Assembly: GCA_016840095.1 (NCBI GenBank)
Contig: JAEOSZ010000089.1
Location: 1-64,000, forward strand
Direction: 5' to 3'
DNA length: 64,000 nt
From: Candidatus Heimdallarchaeota archaeon
GTDB taxonomy: Archaea > Asgardarchaeota > Heimdallarchaeia > Heimdallarchaeales > Heimdallarchaeaceae
The position numbers were made by a program, and so were the translations under genes. Under the pieces are notes generated by a model that worked only from the letters and a program-made list of their open reading frames with translations, ran no database searches and was not told where the DNA came from. Shown piece after piece: positions 30,649 through 40,569 of the stretch; the first letter of the stretch is position 1, and each line of letters begins with the position of its first letter.

Positions 30649-32831
30649 TTCAAGAGCCTTCTTCTAGATCTTCTGCGAGAGATAAGTATTGGGGAAAGAG
30701 CAACTACAGGAACAATAACAATGAAACTATATGTCCATTTAAAGTTTCTATCTTTAGGAACACTAAGAGGATCAAGAGGATCAGATTTTCTATCAACCTC
30801 TTCTTTATCTGTATAACCATCAGCATCACTGTCAGAATCTGCAGGATTGGTACCATAAATATCTACTTCTTCAACGTTAGTTAAACCATCCCCATCCATA
30901 TCAAAATCCGCATCTGCTACTAGAGGGTTAGTGTAATATTTTTCAATTTCATCGCCATCAAGTAAGCCATCTCCGTCTGAATCAGGATTTTCAGGATTCG
31001 TTCCTATAGCTCTTTCATCTAAATTAATCAGATTATCATTATCTGAATCTTCCAGTGCATCAGCAGGATTATTAGGATCAAGACTATCGTAAAGTATTTC
31101 ATAGTTGTCAGGAAGCCCATCTTCATCGCTATCTGAAGTTGCGGGGTTCGTAGAATGCACATAAACTTCGTCCCCATCAAGTAAAGAATCTCCATCGCTA
31201 TCTGGATTCAATAAATTGGTACCGTAAACATCTATTTCTTCTATATTCGTCAATCCATCTGCATCAGAATCCTTATCCATATCTGAAACAAGAGGATTTA
31301 GTAAGTATTGGTTAATCTCAAGGCCATCTAACACTGTATCTCCATCTGAGTCATTATTTGTAGTATTTGTCCCAATTATCTCCTCTTCAAAATCAAATAA
31401 TCCATCCTCGTCTGAATCATCATTTACTGTATTTGTATAAGAACCCAAAGGATGTATCCAAGGTGCTAATCCATAATCATTAGTTTCCTTGATTAGAAGT
31501 GCTCCATCGATTGATAGATGGATAATTTCAATTTCATTATCTTCATCAAAATCATACACAATTGGAGATACTCTATCTGCTGTTGTTATCCAATTAACTA
31601 CTTGGTACAAAACATCCCCGTCATTTTCTAGAACATATGCATAATTGAAACTAAGAATAATAATCTCCATTTCATTGTCGTTATTTAAATCTGCAACTGC
31701 AGGTGATCCAAAATAATTCGTTCCAGGAAGGAATAAAAACTCTTCATTTATTGTTTCTGAAACATTATACACTGCTAAACCCGACGCAAACAGTTGAAGA
31801 ATTTCTAAATACCCATCATCATCTATATCATAAGCTATTCCTTGAGTAGAAGTATAAATTGGTAGAGGAATTTCTTCTACCCACGTTTTATTGTTTTCTG
31901 GATTTAGAGTGATTCCATATAGAAAACTTACAGTTGAAGCTATGAATAAATCCATATCTCCATCAAGATTGAAATCACCTATCATAGGTGCCTCTCTAAA
32001 TTCCTCAATTCCTGGATAAGTTACATTGATATTTAATGGATAACCATTAACTAAAGAGCCATTCAAGAACCATGCATATATAATTCCATTATCTGTTGTG
32101 ACTATGATTTCCTTTTCTCCATCATTTGTTATGTCTTTTGCAACAGGTGGAATAAAATTTGTTGAGTCATTCACTCTTATAGGCCAGTTTGTCATATTGT
32201 TTCCCAAATGATCTAGATAGTAAACTGTTCTATTTGTATCCAAAAGAACGAATTCCTTATTTCCATCATCATTTAAGTCAGAAAATATTGTATGGTAAAC
32301 AAACGTACCCGAGAGCTCGAAACCCCATGAAAGATCTATGTCTCCATTTGCATTTACAGCAAAAAATGCAGTTGTTTCGTTAGTTAGTGTTCCTTGTTTA
32401 GCATATCGAAATATAATACTAGGTTCGGTTCCATTATTCAGGTCCATTCTTCCCAAAATTTCAACATCTCTCATTTCCCAATAAAGCTCTAATGGCCAGC
32501 CACTTACAAAGGCTTCATTCTTAACCAGATATATTGCTTTACCATCAATCCCTTCCATATTTGCAACTACAACGGTTTCCAGAAATGAATCATCATCTAT
32601 ATCAAGAACACAAGGTTGTACCAGATACGAATGTTCTGAAGGAAAAGCCATTACTCTGTCTTGATCTTCAATATAGATGAAACCAATATTATCAATTGAA
32701 GAATCGAGATTTTTATTAAAATCATTAAATGATGCTACGTCTCCATTAAGATTTGTAGAAGTAGCTGAAACAAATACAACTAAAAGAATTGTTGAAAGTA
32801 TTTTTCTTTGGTTCTTTCTCATCATAAGCAT
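30645..32831 (-). CDS. Surface protein with FG-GAP-like repeats and thrombospondin type-3-like Ca-binding repeats
   Basis: Repeated DLNDDGNKE/DIDDDGYLE motifs, then ~10 DSDGDGLLDGDE...TNP repeats, C-terminal TM plus Arg-rich tail. Confidence 0.8.
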   Translation of the reverse strand: MLMMRKNQRKILSTILLVVFVSATSTNLNGDVASFNDFNKNLDSSIDNIGFIYIEDQDRVMAFPSEHSYLVQPCVLDIDDDSFLETVVVANMEGIDGKAIYLVKNEAFVSGWPLELYWEMRDVEILGRMDLNNGTEPSIIFRYAKQGTLTNETTAFFAVNANGDIDLSWGFELSGTFVYHTIFSDLNDDGNKEFVLLDTNRTVYYLDHLGNNMTNWPIRVNDSTNFIPPVAKDITNDGEKEIIVTTDNGIIYAWFLNGSLVNGYPLNINVTYPGIEEFREAPMIGDFNLDGDMDLFIASTVSFLYGITLNPENNKTWVEEIPLPIYTSTQGIAYDIDDDGYLEILQLFASGLAVYNVSETINEEFLFLPGTNYFGSPAVADLNNDNEMEIIILSFNYAYVLENDGDVLYQVVNWITTADRVSPIVYDFDEDNEIEIIHLSIDGALLIKETNDYGLAPWIHPLGSYTNTVNDDSDEDGLFDFEEEIIGTNTTNNDSDGDTVLDGLEINQYLLNPLVSDMDKDSDADGLTNIEEIDVYGTNLLNPDSDGDSLLDGDEVYVHSTNPATSDSDEDGLPDNYEILYDSLDPNNPADALEDSDNDNLINLDERAIGTNPENPDSDGDGLLDGDEIEKYYTNPLVADADFDMDGDGLTNVEEVDIYGTNPADSDSDADGYTDKEEVDRKSDPLDPLSVPKDRNFKWTYSFIVIVPVVALSPILISRRRSRRRLLK
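30760..31425 (-). repeat. Coding DSDGDGLxDxxE (TSP3-like) repeat array
   Basis: About 10 acidic repeats visible in the translation; boundaries approximate. Confidence 0.75.
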
Positions 32832-33023
32832 AACCTGGTAAAGATGATCTCGAATCTATTCTCTGTCTTGTGAAATACAAGTAAATTAATCAATCTTTGC
32901 ACATGACAAACAAGTTAAAACCCTTATTATTGTTCTTCTTTTGTTACTTTTCTGAAAGAATCAATAGATTTTACTTACAAAAATAACAAATAAAGTTAAA
33001 TCTCTAAAATTCAATAATATTTT

Positions 33024-34838
33024 GTGACTGAAGAAGAAGAAATAGATAAAGAAGAAACTCCTAAACTTAGGAATCGATTTAGAATCCAGATAAAGAGATA
33101 TTGGAAGTATACTAAGAAATGGTTCCCTTTTGCACTTCTTATTGGGGGCGTCAGTGGAGTATTAATGGCTTTGTTTACTAGTTTGGTTGTAAACATGCAA
33201 GGTTGGTTATCTAATGTACCAATCTATATTAAATACCCAATAGCTGGAGGGATAACCACAATATTTCTGTTTCTTGGTTTTAAAGAAGTATATGGCGCAG
33301 GTTTATCACATGTTCTGTCACACAAGAATACATCAACTCCTTTACGAGCTAGAGGTATCTGGACAAAGTTTATTACTAGTGTTCTAACTTTAGGTGTTTC
33401 TGCTCCAGCTGGGAGAGAAGGACCTTCAGTAACTTTGGGAAGTACAACTTCATCTGTAATAGCTGATAAACTAGGAATGACTTTGGATGATGAAAATCAT
33501 GCGATAACAATTGGAGCAGCCGCTTGCACTGCTGCTGTATTTCATGCTCCACTTGGCGGAACAGTATTTGCTGCAGAAGTGCCCTACAAGAGAGATTTAG
33601 ATGAAACTGTATTTCTACCTGCTTTAGTAGCAAGCGCGATATCATTTTTAGTGTATAATGGATTATTAATCGCTATACAGAAAATCCCAATTTTTTCAGA
33701 ATCTCCTGTTCTTCTATCTCCTGTATCAACTACTATTTCTCTGACTTTTGTAAACTCTCTCCAATTTCTATTATTTGGTATAATTGCTGGTTTTCTTGGA
33801 ATAGGATTTTCTTTATTATTTAGATATATCTCCAAAGGTTTTGACAAATACATTAAGAATCAGTTCTTACCCTTAATAGGAATGACAATTACTGCAATTA
33901 TCGTTTTTCTAGTTGATGATTTCTGGTTACCCGAAGACGTAAAATTAGCGGGAACGGGTTTTAAATCAATCAATAACCTAATTGCAGATGACACCATAGC
34001 AATTGGTATACTGTTTGTACTGCTTATAGGAAAGATAATTGTAACGTCAACTTGTGTCGGGTTCGGAAATAGCGCAGGGGTTATGGGACCAACTTTGGTA
34101 TCGGGTGCTGCTTTAGGATTGCTATATTCTCGCTTATTCCCCACATTAGGTGCAACTGCAATGATGGTCATAGGAATGTCCGCAATGCACACTTCAACTA
34201 CAAAAACACCAATTGCTTCCATGATTCTTGTTCTTGAAATGGTTGGGTTCCCGAGTTTAATTATACCAATTATCCTTTCAAATGCTATGGCATTTATCAT
34301 TTCTATGGACTTCAGTCTCTATAAAGGACAAATCCGAAGCAAAGAGGTTATCTTAAGGAGAAGAATACAGTATACAGATATTCTTGAAACTTTAACTGCA
34401 AAAGATGCTATGGAACATTCATATGCTACTGTCAATGAAAAGGATTTACTAGAAGAAACTTTTTCTCTTCTGTATTTACAAAAACGAAGTTCACTACCTG
34501 TAATAAATGATGATAAAGACTTAGTTGGGATTATTAGTGCAATTGATTATCAACAAGGATTTTCTAAAGGTCAAAAAATTGTAAGTGATTGTATGACAGC
34601 AGATGTTATTACTGCTTTTCCAGATGAAACGCTTACGACTATATTTGACAGGTTGACTACTTTTAGAATAGAATGTCTTCCAGTTGTTGATAGAGAAAAT
34701 CAGAAGAAGATTTTAGGATTTTTATCTTTCAGAGATATTGAATCTCGGTATGAATCGGAACTTACAAAGATCCATAGTAGACGATCTATAACCATTGAGG
34801 AATTAGAACGTGAGGAAGAGGATTTAGATGATCTTTGA
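33024..34838 (+). CDS. ClC chloride channel/antiporter with CBS pair
   Basis: GREGP, FHAPLGG...AE, GVMGP, SLY; C-terminal CBS domains. Confidence 0.92.
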   Translation: MTEEEEIDKEETPKLRNRFRIQIKRYWKYTKKWFPFALLIGGVSGVLMALFTSLVVNMQGWLSNVPIYIKYPIAGGITTIFLFLGFKEVYGAGLSHVLSHKNTSTPLRARGIWTKFITSVLTLGVSAPAGREGPSVTLGSTTSSVIADKLGMTLDDENHAITIGAAACTAAVFHAPLGGTVFAAEVPYKRDLDETVFLPALVASAISFLVYNGLLIAIQKIPIFSESPVLLSPVSTTISLTFVNSLQFLLFGIIAGFLGIGFSLLFRYISKGFDKYIKNQFLPLIGMTITAIIVFLVDDFWLPEDVKLAGTGFKSINNLIADDTIAIGILFVLLIGKIIVTSTCVGFGNSAGVMGPTLVSGAALGLLYSRLFPTLGATAMMVIGMSAMHTSTTKTPIASMILVLEMVGFPSLIIPIILSNAMAFIISMDFSLYKGQIRSKEVILRRRIQYTDILETLTAKDAMEHSYATVNEKDLLEETFSLLYLQKRSSLPVINDDKDLVGIISAIDYQQGFSKGQKIVSDCMTADVITAFPDETLTTIFDRLTTFRIECLPVVDRENQKKILGFLSFRDIESRYESELTKIHSRRSITIEELEREEEDLDDL

Positions 34839-35589
34839 AACTCATAACTCTCCTTTCTCTAAATTGGAAATTATGGAATTTTCACTACAAGTTTGGGTCG
34901 AAGAATGGTATCCTTTGATTTGTGATTTCCTAAAAATTGACAGTAAAGAAGATCTAAAAGCTCTCAAGAATATTTTGGAAAAGCATCCTAGTAATATATC
35001 AGAAGAACACTTGCTTCATTTAATAAAAGACAGAATAGTTTATGCTATTGCTCCTGGTCTGAATTTAGAAGATGAGTTTACTGAGTATCTAGAAAAATAC
35101 GCTGATTCTTCAGATGTTTTAATTTCAGCTGATGGTGCCACTTCTTATCTTGTCGCAGAGGGTATAATTCCAGATTTCATTGTTACAGATTTAGATGGAA
35201 CAATTCAGGACCAACTAGACGCTCAAAAAGAAGGTTCTATTCCTATTGTTCACATACATGGAGATAACATTGGTACTATAAATGAGAACATAAATCAAAT
35301 TTCAAAGGGAGAGTTCTTAATTACAACCCAAACTCACCCACTTCCAGGTTCGTACAACTTCTTAGGTTTTACAGACGGTGATAGAATTGTATGTTTATCT
35401 ACACTGATGTCTGCTTCAAAAATAGGACTGATCGGCTTTGATTTTGGCAACGAAATAGGTAAGTATTCAAAAGTTATACAACTTGATGAAGAAGCCAGAA
35501 ACCGAAAACTGAAAAAATTTATTATTGCAAAATCTATAATGAACTGGTGTTCAAACACAAATCAAGAGATATTTCTCGTCAAGGATTAG
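34828..35589 (+). CDS. mptE: 6-hydroxymethyl-7,8-dihydropterin pyrophosphokinase (DUF115)
   Basis: ADGAT, PDFIVTDLDG, HIHGDN, GFTDGDR, GFDF. Confidence 0.85.
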   Translation: MIFETHNSPFSKLEIMEFSLQVWVEEWYPLICDFLKIDSKEDLKALKNILEKHPSNISEEHLLHLIKDRIVYAIAPGLNLEDEFTEYLEKYADSSDVLISADGATSYLVAEGIIPDFIVTDLDGTIQDQLDAQKEGSIPIVHIHGDNIGTINENINQISKGEFLITTQTHPLPGSYNFLGFTDGDRIVCLSTLMSASKIGLIGFDFGNEIGKYSKVIQLDEEARNRKLKKFIIAKSIMNWCSNTNQEIFLVKD

Positions 35590-35597
35590 ATTAATCT

Positions 35598-36089
35598 TCA
35601 TTCATGAACTGGGAATAGTTCTGTTGTTACTCCTTGGCCCTCATATTCATAAACAGTAACAGTAACCTGACTTATATTTTCTCTTCTGATTTCATCATTT
35701 TTTGCCAACAACTTCACAAAATAATGACTCATTTCCTCAACAGTTGTATTTTCTATCGGAAGTAAAACAGTGTCTGATTTAGGTAATTCATATTCTTTGC
35801 GTAGATGAGGAATACGGATTATTATTTGTTCTTTCTTTTCACTTATTTCTAGATACTTGTTCTTTGATGGAACTAAAACATAATGATCCAAAGAATCAAC
35901 AAATGGCTTAAGTATTTTCTTGATATCATGAAAATTTATGACCATGTTGTCTTTACCTTGCGTTCCGTAAACGTTTATCAAAATCTTATAATTGTGCCCA
36001 TGAAGTGGTTCATAGAAATTTTCACCAATTACAAAGTGTGCACAGGAGAAAGTTAAGTAATCTCTATTCAGAAACAAATTATAACTCAT
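35598..36089 (-). CDS. PTPS/QueD-fold pterin synthase with PTPS-III-type ExxHGH motif
   Basis: FSCAHF, EPLHGHNY, LDH, TTVEE, VYE. Confidence 0.85.
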   Translation of the reverse strand: MSYNLFLNRDYLTFSCAHFVIGENFYEPLHGHNYKILINVYGTQGKDNMVINFHDIKKILKPFVDSLDHYVLVPSKNKYLEISEKKEQIIIRIPHLRKEYELPKSDTVLLPIENTTVEEMSHYFVKLLAKNDEIRRENISQVTVTVYEYEGQGVTTELFPVHE

Positions 36090-36138
36090 TAGCTATAAAC
36101 CTCTTACTTTCAATAAAAATCCTTCTTTTTTAGATAGT

Positions 36139-37074
36139 CTATTCAGAGCTCTCCAAAATAAAAGATTCAAGCTCTTGAATACCTAGATCAATATCCACTA
36201 AATAGACAAGAAATTCAGAGAGCAGAGAAGCATATTCATTTCTTAATTCTTTACCAAGGTTAATTAAGTCATCAAAGCTGCTAATATCATCTAACCCCCA
36301 AGACAAAACATCACACAATTTTCCAATTTCATCCTCACTAAGAACATCCTTAGATCTTGATGAAAGCATTTGTATTTGTGAAAGGATTTTGTCAGCACTT
36401 GAGGACTCATCTTCATAAATAGAAACGAGCGGCAGAATACATATATCAAGCAATTCATGCAAGGTCATCTGAGCTTTATCCCCCAAATCTATTGCTTGGT
36501 AAGATAGGTCTGTAATTTGTTTAATCAAATCTTCCTGAATCTTCTGGCTTTCTAAACCATCAATATTTGATTTATGAAGTGAAATGTATTCATCCTGTTT
36601 CTCCATCACTAAAGATAGGTTATTTCTAAGATTTTCATCAGCTGAGGATTCAGGGGACGTTCTATAGTAGATGTCTTGCCAAGTGTTGTTAATGATTTCT
36701 TTTAATTCTAACAGCTCTTTTCCTCTAATCAACATACTCTCAATTTTTTGAATGATAATCTCGCGCTCATTCATACCTTTCAGATATGCTCTTTCAACTT
36801 CTTCTTCAAATTCACTAGACGTTCTCCTTTCAGAACGAAGATAATCTACTAGAGAGCTTTGATAAAATGTTCTTGCAAGCATTGACATAGAAGATAGAAG
36901 AGATGTTCTCAATGTGTAGATACTGTCTTCGTTCGAACTTAGAAAGCGGTCAATAGAGGTTAACATCTTGTTCATCAGAGTATAAATGTAGCGGAGTGTT
37001 CGATAATTCAGCCTATCTAGAAATTTCCCTAGGACTGTTTGCCGTTCCAGAACCGCCTCTATGTCTTCTTGCAT
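36139..37074 (-). CDS. Hypothetical alpha-helical protein
   Basis: 311-aa ORF rich in E/L/S. Confidence 0.65.
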   Translation of the reverse strand: MQEDIEAVLERQTVLGKFLDRLNYRTLRYIYTLMNKMLTSIDRFLSSNEDSIYTLRTSLLSSMSMLARTFYQSSLVDYLRSERRTSSEFEEEVERAYLKGMNEREIIIQKIESMLIRGKELLELKEIINNTWQDIYYRTSPESSADENLRNNLSLVMEKQDEYISLHKSNIDGLESQKIQEDLIKQITDLSYQAIDLGDKAQMTLHELLDICILPLVSIYEDESSSADKILSQIQMLSSRSKDVLSEDEIGKLCDVLSWGLDDISSFDDLINLGKELRNEYASLLSEFLVYLVDIDLGIQELESFILESSE

Positions 37075-37218
37075 TCGTGATATTGTGAAGATTAAGCTTA
37101 AATAAAAGGCTTATCTTCGGTATTAATCGAATACTGTTAACTTCTGCAAGTTTTAACTTGAATTATCCAGCCTGAAAAGGGTAGAACATCGTTACTAGAT
37201 TTTTCAATAAAAATGCTT

Positions 37219-37731
37219 TTACCCATATAATTCATAATTTTGAACATTCAGTTGCTCCTTAATTTTCTTGTCAGGTTCATAACTCAAGAGAGGAAAACCC
37301 TTCTTATCTTTCTTATATTGAATAATGTACTTGCTTAAATTTGATAATTCATATCCTTCAATATCTTCAAGGGGGATAAATTTGGCGTCTATGGATTCAA
37401 CATTATCGGCTAAAGGTTCTCCCCCTTTAAACTCTAAATTGAAGACGATATAGATGTCTGAAATCAAACCCTTGTCCTTCTTTTCATTATTCATGTGTCG
37501 AATAAATATCAAATCTACTGCTTGTGTGTGAACACCTGTTTCCTCTAGAACTTCACGCTCAATCGCTGATGAAAGTGTTTCTCCTAAGTCAACATAACCT
37601 CCTGGTAAGTTCCATTTTCCTTTGTTTAATCCGTAGTTATATTTAATCAGTAAGATTTTTCCCTCATAAGAGCATAATCCACCCACACCAACTTTGTGAA
37701 GACTATGTCGGGAAACATAATCACTATACAT
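37219..37731 (-). CDS. Nudix hydrolase
   Basis: Nudix box GGYVDLGETLSSAIEREVLEETG. Confidence 0.9.
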   Translation of the reverse strand: MYSDYVSRHSLHKVGVGGLCSYEGKILLIKYNYGLNKGKWNLPGGYVDLGETLSSAIEREVLEETGVHTQAVDLIFIRHMNNEKKDKGLISDIYIVFNLEFKGGEPLADNVESIDAKFIPLEDIEGYELSNLSKYIIQYKKDKKGFPLLSYEPDKKIKEQLNVQNYELYG

Positions 37732-37857
37732 GTGTACTAATTATTCTACATTTGTTAAAAATTTTAAGGAAAATTTTCCTCTGATCACACCTCCAAAACC
37801 AAATGTTTATAAATGACCATCCACATGGATGGTATAGAACATCTCTTGGTGATACTT

Positions 37858-38286
37858 GTGTCTGACAAAAAAACTGAAAAAAATTATGAAAAAATAACAA
37901 TAAATCTTCCTGCTGTAGATTTAGGGAAGATAGATTATCTGGTTGATCAAGGATTTTATAATACAAGAACTGAATTCATTCGAACATCAATAAAGCAGGA
38001 AATAGATAAAAATTCCTTCACATTTGATACAATTACAAAGGATAAATCGGGTGATACTCGACACTTCTTCGGTTTTGGAATCTTTGATATTGGAAGGAAA
38101 ACTTTGGAAAAACATCTTAGTCAAGGTACAAAAATAAGGATCTTTGTCATAGGAACTTGTAGATTTGGAAAGGATGTTGATGTTGACTTAGTGAAAGAAA
38201 CAGTTGAATCTTTCAAAGTATTTGGAATCAAGAAAGGTCCTCCAGGAGTAATAGATTTTCTCGAAAGTCTCAAGTACCTTTCTTAG
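37858..38286 (+). CDS. CopG/ribbon-helix-helix transcriptional regulator
   Basis: EKITINLPAVDLGKIDYLVDQGFYNTRTEFIRTSI; GTG start after GGTGA. Confidence 0.85.
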   Translation: MSDKKTEKNYEKITINLPAVDLGKIDYLVDQGFYNTRTEFIRTSIKQEIDKNSFTFDTITKDKSGDTRHFFGFGIFDIGRKTLEKHLSQGTKIRIFVIGTCRFGKDVDVDLVKETVESFKVFGIKKGPPGVIDFLESLKYLS

Positions 38287-38410
38287 CTTAGTTTTAGAAC
38301 CGGGGTCATATAGATCCCATTTTTTTTGAGAGTGTTTTTATATATACCTAACATATGATGGGAATAATTAATTTAATCATGAATCAATTACTAGCATGTG
38401 AAAGGTGTAA

Positions 38411-39433
38411 GTGTATATGCATCGGATATCTAGTTTGACAAAGAAACGGGGCTTTACTATATTTCAAGCATTCTTTGTAACCATCCTATGGTCATCATCA
38501 TGGCCAATAATTAAGTTCGGCCTTGAGGAGATTCCACCACTATTCTTTGCAGGAACGAGATATATTGCTGCAGCAGGAATCCTTCTAGTTTACGTTTTGT
38601 CTTTTCAAAAATATAGACAGGAAATTAAGAACTTATCAAAGAGGTGGTGGTTAAAACTAGTTCTTTATGGTATAGTTTTTTATACAATAACTCAAGGAGC
38701 ACAATTTTTAGGCTTAAAGTATCTTCCCGCAATAACTGTTAGTCTGTTACTTAGTTTTACTCCTATTATTGTTCTATTCTTTGCAAATATTCTACTGAAA
38801 GAGAAATCAAATTTTATCCAAATTCTCCTAGTTGTAGCTGCTTTGGGTGGAGCATTACTTTATTTCCTACTTAGTCCTGAACTCACAGGTGCTCCATTTA
38901 GTGTGGTATCGGGTTATATGCAAAAATTCTTGGATATTTCTGATCCAATTCCACTTAAACTAAGAATTTTTGGTCTGATAATAGTCATTATTGGTGTTTT
39001 AGCCAACTCTTTATCTGCAATAATGGGGAGATCAATAAACCAGTCAAAAGAAGTAAGTACAGTAGTTATAACTTCAGTTAGTATGTTTATAGGATCAATA
39101 ATTATGTTGATTTCGGGATTATCTGTTGAAGGAGTTCCAAAGCTTTCACCTATTTCAATAGGCTATATAGTTTGGTTAAGTGTTGTAAATACCGCTTTGG
39201 CTTTTACACTTTGGAACCATGCAATGCAAAAGCTTAAAGCTGTTGAGATATCGATAATTAATAATACCATGCTTTTTCAGATAACTATCCTTGCAGTGAT
39301 TTTCTTGGCTGAAAGACCCACAGGATTACAGTGGATAGGTCTTATAATAGTAGCAGTTACTGGATTACTTCTACCTTTGTTTAGCAAAAAGAAAGGAGAA
39401 ACTAGAAGCAATCGCAACGAGAGTTTAACGTAA
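38411..39433 (+). CDS. DMT/EamA transporter
   Basis: LWSSSWPIIK, PPLFFAGTR; 10 TM helices in two repeats. Confidence 0.9.
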   Translation: MYMHRISSLTKKRGFTIFQAFFVTILWSSSWPIIKFGLEEIPPLFFAGTRYIAAAGILLVYVLSFQKYRQEIKNLSKRWWLKLVLYGIVFYTITQGAQFLGLKYLPAITVSLLLSFTPIIVLFFANILLKEKSNFIQILLVVAALGGALLYFLLSPELTGAPFSVVSGYMQKFLDISDPIPLKLRIFGLIIVIIGVLANSLSAIMGRSINQSKEVSTVVITSVSMFIGSIIMLISGLSVEGVPKLSPISIGYIVWLSVVNTALAFTLWNHAMQKLKAVEISIINNTMLFQITILAVIFLAERPTGLQWIGLIIVAVTGLLLPLFSKKKGETRSNRNESLT

Positions 39434-39480
39434 TCTTTCTTATCAAAGACTTCAAAACAAAAAAAAGTAGAAAGATGAAA

Positions 39481-40389
39481 TCATCTTCTTTTGCGTTTAT
39501 AGACAATTAGACTGATTACAGCTAAACCAAAGACTGAGAATCCCCACTCAAAAGGAGCTCCTGTTGGAAGGCTTGTACTTTTGATGAGAAGATGAATCGA
39601 ATCATCATCTATGTCTACTGATCCTTCGACTGTTCTTTCCAAATGCCAATCATATTGGTAATCTAGGTAGGTTAAAAATCCTGTTTTTACATTGAATCTT
39701 AATTCGATGGATCTAGATGAAGTTTCTATTGTCTTGGTCCAGTCTACAGGATCGAGAAGGTCGTCCTCTGTATCACTCTCATCAATTTGGAATTTGATTG
39801 TCCATGCTCTTGAAGTTAATTTTGATGTTAGTTTAACTTTCATAGTATAGTGATTATAATACCCATGACTATCCACTATATTTTCCATTGTCATAGATAG
39901 TTGTCCAAAAGCATTGTTCAAGATCTCAAAATAGTTGTAAACTCCAGTTGCATTTTCGTAGGTAGTAGGCTGTAAAAAGAAGTCATCCATTCCTATTGGT
40001 GCTAGACTTAACCAACCTAGATCCAACAAACCTATCTGATTTGTTTCATTGGTTTTGAAATCACCGTTAAGATAAAATTCTGCCCAAGTATTGGATGGAT
40101 TTAACAGTTCAGATGGTGTTCCATTTGTAACATTATTAATATCATCTATCAATTTGACAGAAAATTTATCTCCTTGTTCTAGTGTATCATCTCCATAGTC
40201 AAGAAAACCTATACTAACTGAACCTAAGAGTGTAAGTTCAACAACTTCCCATTCAAAGGATTCTCCAACAGCAAGTTCTGAAGGATAGGAGTAATCTTGA
40301 CCTTGGACTGTTTCTGTGCTAAAAGTACTAGCTAATAGTAATAAACTGAAAACAATTACCAAAGATAGTTTGAACTTTTTATTTTTCAT
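39481..40389 (-). CDS. Secreted protein with C-terminal TM anchor
   Basis: Signal peptide; ends APF-TM-KRKRR. Confidence 0.75.
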   Translation of the reverse strand: MKNKKFKLSLVIVFSLLLLASTFSTETVQGQDYSYPSELAVGESFEWEVVELTLLGSVSIGFLDYGDDTLEQGDKFSVKLIDDINNVTNGTPSELLNPSNTWAEFYLNGDFKTNETNQIGLLDLGWLSLAPIGMDDFFLQPTTYENATGVYNYFEILNNAFGQLSMTMENIVDSHGYYNHYTMKVKLTSKLTSRAWTIKFQIDESDTEDDLLDPVDWTKTIETSSRSIELRFNVKTGFLTYLDYQYDWHLERTVEGSVDIDDDSIHLLIKSTSLPTGAPFEWGFSVFGLAVISLIVYKRKRR

Positions 40390-40569
40390 ATTCTTTTCAC
40401 CAAATAACCGATTACTCGGTGTATTTAATTCATAAAATGTACTTTCAGTGATATAAACCTTTGGAGACTGCTAATAGGAATTTCCCGAATAATTAATAAA
40501 CAACAGTAGCTTAAATTGAAGAGAAACATCTTTCCTATAGTCCAAGTATACAATCAAAATGGTGAAAAA

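Noticed and set aside
35598-36089. queD assignment
   Set aside because: It lacks the catalytic Cys of the CxxxHGH motif; PTPS-III fits better.
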